NCBI GenBank assembly: GCA_902482045.1
Contig: CABSYS010000001.1
Location: 1 to 32,481, forward strand
Reading direction: 5' to 3'
Source of the DNA: an uncultured Collinsella sp.
Lineage (GTDB): Bacteria > Actinomycetota > Coriobacteriia > Coriobacteriales > Coriobacteriaceae
DNA length: 32,481 bases
Part shown: positions 1 to 9,317 of the stretch, piece after piece
Numbering within the stretch: the first letter of the stretch is position 1
Layout of the letters: every line of letters starts with the position of its first letter
Notes under the pieces: model-generated
The model's database searches: none
The model's input: only the letters and a program-made list of their open reading frames with translations
Told to the model about the DNA's origin: nothing
Made by a program: the position numbers and the translations under genes

Positions 1-2
1 AC

Positions 3-1409
3 ATCGTCAATATGATTTGCGCGCAAAACGGGCGCCCCTGCTTTGACTACCATGTCGGGCGCGGGCCGGGCGCATGCGTCGGCGCGATTTCGCCTGCCGA
101 CTATGCCAAGAACGTCAAGCGTGTCGAACGTTTCTTGTCGGGCCATCGCAAGGATGTCGTCGACGAGCTCACGTCCGAGATGACGGAGGCAGCCGAGGCG
201 CTCGATTTTGAGCGTGCGGCGCGCGTCAAGCGTCGCCTGGAAGTCATTAGGGGCCTGGACGATCGCCAACAGGTCGTTTTTCCATCAAGCGTCGATATCG
301 ACATCATCGGCTTCTATCGCGAAGAGACTATCTCTGCCGCCTGTGTCTTTGTCGTTCGCGAGGGCCGAACGGTTCGAACTTGTGAGTTCATCCTCGATAA
401 AGGCCTGGATGTCGACGAGGGAGAGCTTCAATCGGGCTTTCTTAAGCGCTATTACGACGAGACGGCCGATATTCCAGCCGAGATCAATCTCTCTGTCGAG
501 CTTGAGGATGCCGAAGCGTTGGGGGAGTGGCTTGCGGCCAAGCGCGAACGCTCTTGCCATCTCCATAGGCCGCAGCGCGGCGAAAAGCACCGCCTGCTCG
601 ATATGGCTTCCAAAAATGCGCGCCATGCCCTCATGCGCTACATGATGCGCACGGGGTATGCTGACGATCGCACCAATCAGGCGCTCCTGGAGCTCGAAAG
701 TGCGCTGGCGCTGCCTGCGCCGCCGTTGCGCATCGAGTGTTTCGACATCTCGACGTTGCACGGCACCTTTACCGTCGCTTCGATGGTGGTATTTACCAAC
801 GGCCGTGCCGACAAGGGCCAGTATCGTCGCTTTAAAATTCAGGCCGAGTTGGACGAGGCGAACGACTTCGTATCGATGTCCGAGGTCCTGGGGCGCCGCT
901 ATGCTCCCGAGCGCATGGCGGACGAGCGTTTTGGCTCACGCCCCGATTTGCTCGTTGTCGATGGCGGCAAGCCGCAATTGACCGCTGCGATCAAGCAACT
1001 TGAGGCTCTTGGGCTCGATATACCAGTTTGTGGCTTGGCAAAGGCCGATGAGGAAGTTTTCGTGCCGTGGGACGAGACTCCCGTCGTGCTGCCGACCGGC
1101 TCCGCTTCGCTTTATCTGATCAAGCAGGTTCGCGATGAATCCCACCGATTTGCGATTACCTTCCACCGCGAGTTGCGCGATAAGGCTATGACGGTTTCGG
1201 TGCTTGACGACGTTCCGGGCGTGGGACCCACCAGAAAACGTGCCATTATGCGCCATTTTGGCTCGATGAAGCGTTTACGCGCAGCAAGCGAGCAGGAGAT
1301 TGCAGAAGTTCGAGGCGTTCCGGCCGATGTCGCCAAAGCGGTCCACGAGGCACTTGTTGCATGGAATGCCGAACGCGCCCAGGCATCGGCCAACCGATCC
1401 GAAAACTAA
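3..1409 (+). CDS. uvrC: Excinuclease ABC subunit C (5' end lies before the window)
   Basis: UVR motif (LDFERAA), RNase H-like endonuclease motifs RIECFDIS and PDLLVVDGGKPQ, VRDESHRFAIT, C-terminal HhH (VPGVGP). The frame is open back to the window start. Confidence 0.97.
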   Translation: MVNMICAQNGRPCFDYHVGRGPGACVGAISPADYAKNVKRVERFLSGHRKDVVDELTSEMTEAAEALDFERAARVKRRLEVIRGLDDRQQVVFPSSVDIDIIGFYREETISAACVFVVREGRTVRTCEFILDKGLDVDEGELQSGFLKRYYDETADIPAEINLSVELEDAEALGEWLAAKRERSCHLHRPQRGEKHRLLDMASKNARHALMRYMMRTGYADDRTNQALLELESALALPAPPLRIECFDISTLHGTFTVASMVVFTNGRADKGQYRRFKIQAELDEANDFVSMSEVLGRRYAPERMADERFGSRPDLLVVDGGKPQLTAAIKQLEALGLDIPVCGLAKADEEVFVPWDETPVVLPTGSASLYLIKQVRDESHRFAITFHRELRDKAMTVSVLDDVPGVGPTRKRAIMRHFGSMKRLRAASEQEIAEVRGVPADVAKAVHEALVAWNAERAQASANRSEN

Positions 1410-1774
1410 ACGCGCCTCTAAACAACTGATATACATGATTGGTCAATTTTCAATCATTTGTTTCGCGGTGATTACCTGCCGATTTCGGGTTTTATTAACG
1501 CTAAAACGTTTGACTAGCCATGGTGAACAACACTGCTATCCTGCGGGTTGACGAAGACTGATATCTCACCTCGTCGATACATACTGTCTGTCGAATCATT
1601 TGTCAATGAATTCGGTGAACGGTAGTAAATACCGTTCAAGCGTATGTATGTATCGGTCGCCGAGCGCGGCACCTCAGTTGGGTTCGTCGGTAGGTAAGGT
1701 ATATATCGTCCGCAAGTTGCGCGGGGGCAAGTCTAGGTGCTCCCGGGTAAGATTCTCTATTGATAGGAGAAGAC

Positions 1775-3388
1775 ATGGCCATCATCAACAAGGGTATGTC
1801 CAGGCGTTCGTTCCTCGGCCTCACCGGCAGCGTCGCTGCTGTCGCAGGGCTTGGTCTCACTGGCTGCGGTGGCAGCTCTAGCGACGAAGGTTCCGCTTCC
1901 GGTTCCACTGATTCCGCCAGCCGTGGCGGCGGCGTGATCACCGCTGGTTCCGCTTACGCTCCGTCCAGCTTCGACCCCGCCAGCACCGGCTCCGCTGTGG
2001 GCCTGGGTGCTAACTGGCACGTCATCGAGGGCCTCTACGGCATCGATTACCACGACTACAGCACCTTCAACGAGCTCGCCACCGACGATCCCAAGTCCGT
2101 GGACGACACTACCTTCGAGGTCACCATCCGCAAGGGTGCCAAGTTCTCCGATGGTACCGAGGTCACCGCTGACGACGTCGTTGCCTCCTACACCGCTTGC
2201 GCCGCTTCTGCTACCTATGCTCCGTTCTTCCAGCCCTTCGAGTCCATCGAGGCCAAGGACGCCAGCACTGTAACGGTCAAGACCAAGGTTCCCAACTTCT
2301 CCCTGCTCAAGGATCGTCTGGCCATCATCCGTGTTACCCCGGCCACCCAGGCCGAGGAGGATCGCGCCAAGCAGCCGATCGGTTCCGGCCCCTGGATGTA
2401 CGACTCTATCTCCGATACCGAGATCACTCTGGTTCCCAACCCCGAGTACAACGGTGAGTATGCTGCCGAGGATAAGAAGATCCAGTACAGCATCCTGACC
2501 GACCCCACCGCTCGCGTTACCGCTCAGCAGGAGGGCTCCACGCTCGTTATGGAGCTCGTCACCGCTGACGCCGTCGACCAGCTCGAGAGCGCTGGCTGCA
2601 AGATCGACAACGTCCAGGGCTTCGGCACCCGCTTCATCATGTTCAACGTCGCCAAGGAGCCTTGGAACAACGTCAAGGTCCGTCAGGCCGTCATGTACGC
2701 GCTCGACACCGAGAAGATGATCACCAACACCTTCGCCGGCCTTGCCACCGCTGCCAGCTGCTACCTGCCCAAGAGCTTCACCAACTATCATGAGGCTTCC
2801 ACGGTGTACAAGACTGACGCCAAGAAGGCCAAGAAGCTCATCGAAGAGTCTGGCATCACCCCGGGCGCAATCACCCTGCGCACCACCGATAACGAGCAGA
2901 TCAAGGGCATGGCCGCTCAGGTCAAGAACGACCTCGACGCTCTCGGCTTCGATGTGACCATCCAGACCGATACCTCGCCGGCTACCTACGCTGCCATTGA
3001 CGGCGGCGAGGCCTACGATATCCTCCTTGCCCCTGGCGATCCTTCCTGCTTCGGCGCTGATCCCGACCTGCTGCTCAACTGGTGGTACGGCGACAACGTC
3101 TGGATGCAGACCCGTTGCCCGTGGAAGGATTCCGCCGAGTGGGCGAAGCTCCACGGTCTCATGGACGAGGCTCTTGCCGCCGAGGGCGACGAGCAGCAGA
3201 AGAAGTGGAACGAGTGCTTCGACATCATCGCCGACAACGCCGTTCTGTACCCCGTTGTCCACGTCAAGACCGTTTCCGCTTCCTGGGACGATCCGTCGAC
3301 CGCGCCCAACGGCGAGGCCCTCGATGGCTTCAAGGGCATCGGCACGACGAGCATGTCCTTCAGGGGCGTCGCGACCGTCAAGGCCTAA
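1775..3388 (+). CDS. ABC transporter family-5 solute-binding lipoprotein, probably sialic acid binding
   Basis: RBS AGGAG before ATG 1775; signal SRRSFL plus lipobox LTGC; SBP_bac_5 motifs (FSDGTEVTADDV, PIGSGPW, VRQAVMYALD); first gene of the nanA/K/E cluster. Confidence 0.9.
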   Translation: MAIINKGMSRRSFLGLTGSVAAVAGLGLTGCGGSSSDEGSASGSTDSASRGGGVITAGSAYAPSSFDPASTGSAVGLGANWHVIEGLYGIDYHDYSTFNELATDDPKSVDDTTFEVTIRKGAKFSDGTEVTADDVVASYTACAASATYAPFFQPFESIEAKDASTVTVKTKVPNFSLLKDRLAIIRVTPATQAEEDRAKQPIGSGPWMYDSISDTEITLVPNPEYNGEYAAEDKKIQYSILTDPTARVTAQQEGSTLVMELVTADAVDQLESAGCKIDNVQGFGTRFIMFNVAKEPWNNVKVRQAVMYALDTEKMITNTFAGLATAASCYLPKSFTNYHEASTVYKTDAKKAKKLIEESGITPGAITLRTTDNEQIKGMAAQVKNDLDALGFDVTIQTDTSPATYAAIDGGEAYDILLAPGDPSCFGADPDLLLNWWYGDNVWMQTRCPWKDSAEWAKLHGLMDEALAAEGDEQQKKWNECFDIIADNAVLYPVVHVKTVSASWDDPSTAPNGEALDGFKGIGTTSMSFRGVATVKA

Positions 3389-3448
3389 GACTCGCTTGAG
3401 TCATATGTGGGGCGTCGGTCGTAAGGCAGCGTCCTCATAGTTGAAACA

Positions 3449-3482
3449 AAGACCCGGGCGGCCTCGATGTCGCTCGGGTCTT
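3449..3482 (+). terminator. Stem-loop after SBP gene (partial terminator or mRNA stabiliser)
   Basis: aagacccgggcg...cgctcgggtctt inverted repeat between the SBP and permease genes; weak U-tail. Confidence 0.55.
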
Positions 3483-3543
3483 GTAATGAGTATCCATACT
3501 CATATACCAGTTGGTCCTACCGACAAAAGAAAGGGGAGAGAAC

Positions 3544-4500
3544 GTGAACAACTTTCTACGTTTGATTGGAAGGCGTCTCGTGGCGCTGCCGATCATGGCA
3601 TTGGGCGTCACCGTCCTGGTGTTCTTCCTTATGTCGTTCTCCAAGACCGACCCCGCCTATACGGCGTTGGGTGACGGTGCCTCGCCCGAGGCGGTTGCCG
3701 AGTACCATGAGAAGTATGGTCTGGACGACCCCTGGCCCGTGCGCTACGTGCGCTACATGGGCGATTTGATCCATGGTGACATGGGCACCTATGGTGCTGC
3801 TCGCAACTCCGTTGCCAAGCGCATCTCCACGGCCCTGCCCGTCACGATGCAGCTGACCTTTATCGGTCTTGCCATCGGCGCGGTCGTCTCGTTTTTACTC
3901 GGCGTCATCGCGGCACTGTATCGCGATAAATGGCCGGACCAAGTGATCCGCGTCTTTTCCATCGCCGGCCTGGCAACCCCGTCGTTCTGGCTTGCCGTTC
4001 TGTTGATCCTGCTGTTCTCTTCCTACCTTAAGGTGCTCCCGGCGTCCGGTGCTCTGCCTCACTTCACCACCAACCCGGCTGGCTATCTGGGACGTATGAT
4101 CATGCCCGCTATCGCCCTGGCATTTCCGCTGACGGGTCAGATGACTCGTATCGTGCGTACCGCCATGGTCGAGGAGCTCGACAAGGACTACGTCCGCATG
4201 GCCCGTGGCGCCGGCGTTCCCGAGAAGGTCGTCGTCGGCATCAACGTTTTGCGCAACGCGCTGATCACCCCGGTCACCACCCTCGGTCTTAAGATCGGTT
4301 ACCTTATGGGCGGCGCCGTCGTCATCGAGGTCATCTTCAACCTCCCCGGCATGGGTACTGCGATTCTGCAGGGCGTTCAGGGCAACGAGGCGAACCTGGT
4401 TCAGGGCGTCGTCATCGTCGTTGCTCTTGCCTTCATCATCATCAACATCGTGGTTGACATGCTCTACCTGCTCATCAACCCGCGCATCAGGACGGTGTAG
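3544..4500 (+). CDS. ABC transporter permease (DppB/OppB-like)
   Basis: GTG start after GGGGAG; hydrophobic segments; EAA-type motif DYVRMARGAG; ends LINPRIR. Confidence 0.92.
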   Translation: MNNFLRLIGRRLVALPIMALGVTVLVFFLMSFSKTDPAYTALGDGASPEAVAEYHEKYGLDDPWPVRYVRYMGDLIHGDMGTYGAARNSVAKRISTALPVTMQLTFIGLAIGAVVSFLLGVIAALYRDKWPDQVIRVFSIAGLATPSFWLAVLLILLFSSYLKVLPASGALPHFTTNPAGYLGRMIMPAIALAFPLTGQMTRIVRTAMVEELDKDYVRMARGAGVPEKVVVGINVLRNALITPVTTLGLKIGYLMGGAVVIEVIFNLPGMGTAILQGVQGNEANLVQGVVIVVALAFIIINIVVDMLYLLINPRIRTV

Positions 4501-4503
4501 ATT

Positions 4504-6519
4504 ATGGTAAAGATTCGAGAGAAGCAAACCGAGCAGCTCGAGAAAGCTGCCTCCAAGGGGCTCAAGCTCGGTGGCTGGAAGAAGATGACGCTGTCTTCTA
4601 AGATTGCCGCCGTCGTGCTGGTGCTGGTCGCCCTGACCGCGATTCTGGCGCCCCTTCTTGCCCCCTATAGCCCGGTCGAGATTTTCACTGCTCGTCAGGC
4701 TCCCGGCAATGGATTTATTTTCGGTACCGACGATAAGGGCCGCGACATCCTGTCGCGTATGCTTTACGGTGGCCGTTACTCGCTGATCATCGGCTTCGGT
4801 GCTACTGCCATGGCTCTGGTCTGCGGTTCGGTCGTGGGCGCCCTCGCGGCGGTTTCGCGCAAGTCCGTTTCCGAGGCGATCATGCGCATCCTGGATATCA
4901 TCATGTCCATCCCGGGCATCGCCCTCGCTGCCGTCTTCGTCTCCATCCTGGGCAATTCCGTGCCGTCGATCATCTTCGCCATCGGCTTTATGTATACTCC
5001 GCAGATTGCCCGTATCGTGCGCGCCAACATCGTGTCCGAGTATGGCGAGGACTATGTCCGCGCGGTCATCGTTTCCGGTGCCAAGGCTCCGTGGATTTTG
5101 ATCAAGCATGTTCTGCGTAACTGCATCGCCCCGATCATGGTCTTCACCGTTACCCTGGTCGCCGACGCCATCATCTTCGAGGCCTCGCTGACCTTCATCG
5201 GCGCTGGTATCCAGGAGCCCACCGCTACCTGGGGCAACATCCTTGCCGACGCCCGCGGCGGCGTGCTCGCCGGCCGTTGGTGGCAGGCGCTGTTCCCGGG
5301 TCTGGCCATCATGATCACCTGCCTGGCGCTCAACATCCTCTCCGAGGGCATTACCGACGCCATGGCCGCTGCTCCCTCCGCCGCCCTGGATCCGACTGAC
5401 TCCTCCAAGCGCCGCGAGGCCGACCTGCTGGTCTCCGACCCCGTTCGCGCCTACAAGGAGCAGGCTCAGTCCCTGTCCGCCCGTCTTGGCGCCCTGCGTG
5501 ATGTCGAACTCAAGCGTAACGACCGCCATGTGCCCGATGAGTCCGTTGAGCCGATCCTTTCGGTCCGCGATTTCTGCATCCAGTTTGAGCACCACGGTGA
5601 CATCAACGTCGTCGATCATGTCAACTTTGATGTCCGTCCCGGCCAGACCATGGGCCTGGTCGGTGAGTCCGGCTGCGGTAAGTCCATCACCACGCTGGCC
5701 ATCATGGGTCTGACCGATGATGACGAGCATCTTTCCGGCGAGGTTCTCTGGGAGGGTCGCGACCTGCTCAAGATGAGCAAAAAAGAGTGGTTCGGCCTTC
5801 GCGGTACCGATATCGCTATGGTCTATCAGGACGCCCTATCCTCGCTCAACCCCTCCATGCTCATTTCCGCCCAGATGAAGCAGCTCACCAAGCGCGGCGG
5901 CACCCGTAGCGCCGAGGAGCTCCTGGAGCTCGTGGGCCTCGACCCCAAGCGTACGCTCGAGAGCTATCCGCATGAGCTTTCCGGTGGTCAGCGTCAGCGC
6001 GTTCTGATCGCTATGGCCCTTACCCGCGACCCCAAGCTGGTCATCTGCGACGAGCCCACGACCGCTCTGGACGTTACCGTTCAGAAGCAGGTTATCAAGC
6101 TGCTCAACGATCTTCAGGCCAAGCTCGGCTTTGCCATGATCTTCGTTTCGCATGACCTGGCACTGGTCGCCGAGGTCGCTCATAACATCACGGTTATGTA
6201 CGCCGGCCAGGTTATCGAGCAGGCGCCCACTAAGGAGCTGCTCACCAACCCGATTCACGAGTACACCCGCGGCCTTCTGGGTTCCGTCCTTTCCATCGAG
6301 AGCGGTTCGGGCCGCCTGCACCAGGTGCCCGGCGCCGTTCCGAGCCCGCGCGATTTCCCCAAGGGCGATCGCTTCGCGCCCCGTTCGAGCCATCCGCGCA
6401 TTGGCCTGGACACCCGTCCGGTCTTCAAGCGCGTGCCCGGCACCGAGCACTTCTATTCCGAGCTCCCCGACGAGGTGCTCAAGGCAAATGGTTTGACCCC
6501 TCACGCGGAGGTGATGTAG
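4504..6519 (+). CDS. Fused ABC permease (DppC-like) and ATP-binding domain (DppD-like)
   Basis: N-terminal FGTDDKGRD permease motif and TM helices; C-terminal Walker A GESGCGKS, signature LSGGQRQR, Walker B ICDEPT. Confidence 0.93.
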   Translation: MVKIREKQTEQLEKAASKGLKLGGWKKMTLSSKIAAVVLVLVALTAILAPLLAPYSPVEIFTARQAPGNGFIFGTDDKGRDILSRMLYGGRYSLIIGFGATAMALVCGSVVGALAAVSRKSVSEAIMRILDIIMSIPGIALAAVFVSILGNSVPSIIFAIGFMYTPQIARIVRANIVSEYGEDYVRAVIVSGAKAPWILIKHVLRNCIAPIMVFTVTLVADAIIFEASLTFIGAGIQEPTATWGNILADARGGVLAGRWWQALFPGLAIMITCLALNILSEGITDAMAAAPSAALDPTDSSKRREADLLVSDPVRAYKEQAQSLSARLGALRDVELKRNDRHVPDESVEPILSVRDFCIQFEHHGDINVVDHVNFDVRPGQTMGLVGESGCGKSITTLAIMGLTDDDEHLSGEVLWEGRDLLKMSKKEWFGLRGTDIAMVYQDALSSLNPSMLISAQMKQLTKRGGTRSAEELLELVGLDPKRTLESYPHELSGGQRQRVLIAMALTRDPKLVICDEPTTALDVTVQKQVIKLLNDLQAKLGFAMIFVSHDLALVAEVAHNITVMYAGQVIEQAPTKELLTNPIHEYTRGLLGSVLSIESGSGRLHQVPGAVPSPRDFPKGDRFAPRSSHPRIGLDTRPVFKRVPGTEHFYSELPDEVLKANGLTPHAEVM

Positions 6520-7347
6520 ATGAGCGAGACCGCAGTCAACGGCGTCGAGCCGATCATCTTCCTTGATGACGTCCACGTCACCTTTAGGACCCGTACCGGC
6601 TCGATTCTGCACCCCAACCTGGTTCACGCCGTCCAGGGTGTAACGATTAAGCTCATGCCCGGACAGACCATCGGCATCGTCGGCGAGTCCGGTTGCGGAA
6701 AGTCCACCACCGCCAACGTCATGTGCGGTCTGCAGGCCCCCACGAGTGGCAAGGTCTACTTTAAGGGCAAGGACGTTACTAAACGTACCGCCGAGGACCG
6801 TCGCCACATGGGTCGCGTCATCTCGGTCGTGTTCCAGAACCCGGCCACGGCGCTCAACCCCCGCATGGTCGTTCGCGAGCAACTGCTCGACCCCATGCGC
6901 GTCCACAACCTGGGTACCGAGGCCGAGCAGGAGAAGCGCGTCAAGGAACTCCTGGAGCTCACCGGTCTGCCCAGCTCCGCTGCTGAGGTTCTTCCCGGCC
7001 AGCTTTCGGGCGGCCAGCGCCAGCGCGTCGCAATTGCCCGTGCCCTGTCGCTGAACCCCGATGCCATCATCGCCGACGAGCCCACCTCGGCTCTGGACGT
7101 TTCGGTCCGCGCGCAGATTCTGAACCTGCTGACCGACCTTAAGAAGGAGCTCGGCCTGGCCATGGTGTTCATCAGCCATGACATCCAGACGGTCCGCTAT
7201 ATCTCTGACGACATCATCGTTATGAATGGCGGCAAGATCGTCGAGCAGGGCGAGGCCAAGCAGGTCTTCCAGCACCCTCAGGACCCCTACACCAAGATGC
7301 TGCTCGGCGCTGCGCCGTCGCTGCTGCATCCCAAGCTCGGCGAGTAG
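6520..7347 (+). CDS. ABC transporter ATP-binding protein (DppF-like)
   Basis: GESGCGKS, LSGGQRQR, IIADEPTSALD; starts immediately after the upstream stop. Confidence 0.93.
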   Translation: MSETAVNGVEPIIFLDDVHVTFRTRTGSILHPNLVHAVQGVTIKLMPGQTIGIVGESGCGKSTTANVMCGLQAPTSGKVYFKGKDVTKRTAEDRRHMGRVISVVFQNPATALNPRMVVREQLLDPMRVHNLGTEAEQEKRVKELLELTGLPSSAAEVLPGQLSGGQRQRVAIARALSLNPDAIIADEPTSALDVSVRAQILNLLTDLKKELGLAMVFISHDIQTVRYISDDIIVMNGGKIVEQGEAKQVFQHPQDPYTKMLLGAAPSLLHPKLGE

Positions 7348-7427
7348 TCTCGCTTTCCCTCCCGTGCGCCCGGTTCCCTTGCCGGGCGCACCTCCGTTGC
7401 GATTTCGAAAGGTTGGGTTCACGAGCC

Positions 7428-8405
7428 ATGCCAAGTGCTCAAGAGCTACAACAGCAATTTGGTGAATATCGAGGCGCTATGCCCCGTCCATCGGATTTCG
7501 ATCTCTTTTGGAAGGACCGCATGGCCGAGGCGGACGCCGTCGAGCTCGACTACGCGATCGAGGCGGCTTCGGTTGCGGATTCCGCGACCTGTCGGTTTTT
7601 CGACCTCTGGTATACCGGCATGTGTGGTGCACGCCTGCATGCCAAGTACCTCAAGCCGGTCTCGGAGGAGCCCATGCCGCTGGTGCTTCAGTTCCATGGA
7701 TATCCGGGTGCGAGCCGCAGCTGGTTTGAGCAGGCGTCGTTTGCGGGCATGGGCATGGCGCTCATCGCCCTCGACTGCCCCGGCCAGGGTGGCCCCTCCG
7801 AGGATATTGGTGGATTTGAGGGCACGACGGTCGCGGGCCATATCGTCGCCGGTATCGACGGCGACCCGGCCAACCTCTACTATATCCGCTTGCACCAGGA
7901 TATCCGCATTCTGTGCCGTATCGTTCGCGAGCTCGAGGGCATCGATCTTACCCGCGTGTATGTGAACGGCGCATCGCAGGGTGGCGGTTTGGGTATTGCG
8001 ACCTGCGCGCTTAACAGCGAGCTTATCAATCGCGCGGCCATCCTCTATCCCTTCTTATCGGACTTCCGCCTGGTTTGGGATCTGGACGCCGACGATATTG
8101 CCTACGAGGGTCTGCGCTATTGGTCGCGTTGGTTTGACGAGGACTCGACTCGTATCGAGGAAGCCTATGCCAAACTGGCGTACTTCGATTCCAAGAACTT
8201 TGCCCCCATGGTCAAATGCCCCGTTCTGTTTGGCACGGGCACAGCCGATATCGTCTGTCCGCCGGCGACGCAGTTTGCGGTCTACAACAACCTGACCTGT
8301 GAAAAGCGTCATGAGTTCTTTGAAGGTTTTGGCCACGAGGAGATTCAGGACTTTGATGATCTGATCATTTCGTTTTTCTGCGAGGGAGGGGAGGCTCATG
8401 TCTAA
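7428..8405 (+). CDS. Acetyl xylan esterase / cephalosporin-C deacetylase family (CE7) acetyl esterase
   Basis: PSDFDLFW N-terminus, FHGY oxyanion region, GQGG, nucleophile elbow GASQGGG, acid Asp DIVCPP, catalytic His GHE; no signal peptide visible. Confidence 0.88.
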   Translation: MPSAQELQQQFGEYRGAMPRPSDFDLFWKDRMAEADAVELDYAIEAASVADSATCRFFDLWYTGMCGARLHAKYLKPVSEEPMPLVLQFHGYPGASRSWFEQASFAGMGMALIALDCPGQGGPSEDIGGFEGTTVAGHIVAGIDGDPANLYYIRLHQDIRILCRIVRELEGIDLTRVYVNGASQGGGLGIATCALNSELINRAAILYPFLSDFRLVWDLDADDIAYEGLRYWSRWFDEDSTRIEEAYAKLAYFDSKNFAPMVKCPVLFGTGTADIVCPPATQFAVYNNLTCEKRHEFFEGFGHEEIQDFDDLIISFFCEGGEAHV

Positions 8406-9249
8406 GTGCGAGAGCAATGTTGACGAGCTGATAGTCCCCGGGCTCGTGGGAATTCCTGGAACGGTTTCGTCAAGGCTCGCAGAATATCGGGACTGGCACG
8501 GTGATGTCCAAGCAGATATTTCTGATTTAGAGACATGCGCTTCGAATCTTGAGATTCAAGGCCTGGCCATTACGGCGATTGACTTTGTTAACCCCTGCGC
8601 CCGTTACTCGGAGGTCTCCTTTGAGCTCGGTGACGATGCGATTCACGCTCGTTTGATCGAGCCTGTCGGTCGTGCCCGAGTATCTGAGCGCGTGCCGCTG
8701 TGCCTGATGTTCCACGACATCGATCGGCCTGTGCGCGGCTGGCATCACATGACGAGATTTGCCGCCATGGGATATGCCGTGCTTGCACTGGACGACGGTG
8801 TTGCTGGTACGGACGACCTGCAGCGGGGGATTGCTTCGCCCGCTTTTGTCGAGCGCGTCCGTTGGGGCTGCGCGTTGGCGAAGGTCGCGCGCAATCTTGA
8901 CGGCGTGGACTCCGATCGCATTTTTGCGTGGGGCGAGGGCCTTGGCGGCGGCGTCGCGCTGGCGGTTTCCGCTCTGGACGAGCGGGGCCTTGCCTGCACG
9001 GCGGTTGCCAATCCAATCCCCGGTGGCCTCGAGGCTCTGTCGTCTCGGGTGCGCGGATCGGTGCTCATGGGCACATCGCTCATGGATGCCGTGAGCGATC
9101 CCAAGGGCCAGTTCGCCGTATTCAACGGTCTTGAGTGTGACCGGAGGCATATCATCTATGCCAAATACGCTCACGAGCGCATCAATGCGTTCGAAAACGA
9201 AGTCGTCGACTTCTTGAACCAAACGTTCTACCCGTGTTCTTTGGCCTAG
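8398..9249 (+). CDS. Divergent CE7-like alpha/beta-hydrolase lacking the catalytic Ser
   Basis: Collinear with the upstream esterase (IHARL, PLCLMFH, FAAMGYAVLALD, DSDRIFAWGEGLGGG, QFAVFN, YAHE); overlaps the upstream stop by 8 nt. Confidence 0.75.
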   Translation: MSKCESNVDELIVPGLVGIPGTVSSRLAEYRDWHGDVQADISDLETCASNLEIQGLAITAIDFVNPCARYSEVSFELGDDAIHARLIEPVGRARVSERVPLCLMFHDIDRPVRGWHHMTRFAAMGYAVLALDDGVAGTDDLQRGIASPAFVERVRWGCALAKVARNLDGVDSDRIFAWGEGLGGGVALAVSALDERGLACTAVANPIPGGLEALSSRVRGSVLMGTSLMDAVSDPKGQFAVFNGLECDRRHIIYAKYAHERINAFENEVVDFLNQTFYPCSLA

Positions 9250-9317
9250 ACGGCCTGGACACTGCCAACAAGAGTGGGTGGCATAGGGCCGCCCGCCAGA
9301 CAACTAAGGAGATTCTT

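Noticed and set aside
4504..6519. Permease-ATPase fusion as a novelty
   Set aside because: This fusion is already known in actinobacterial sialic-acid ABC importers.
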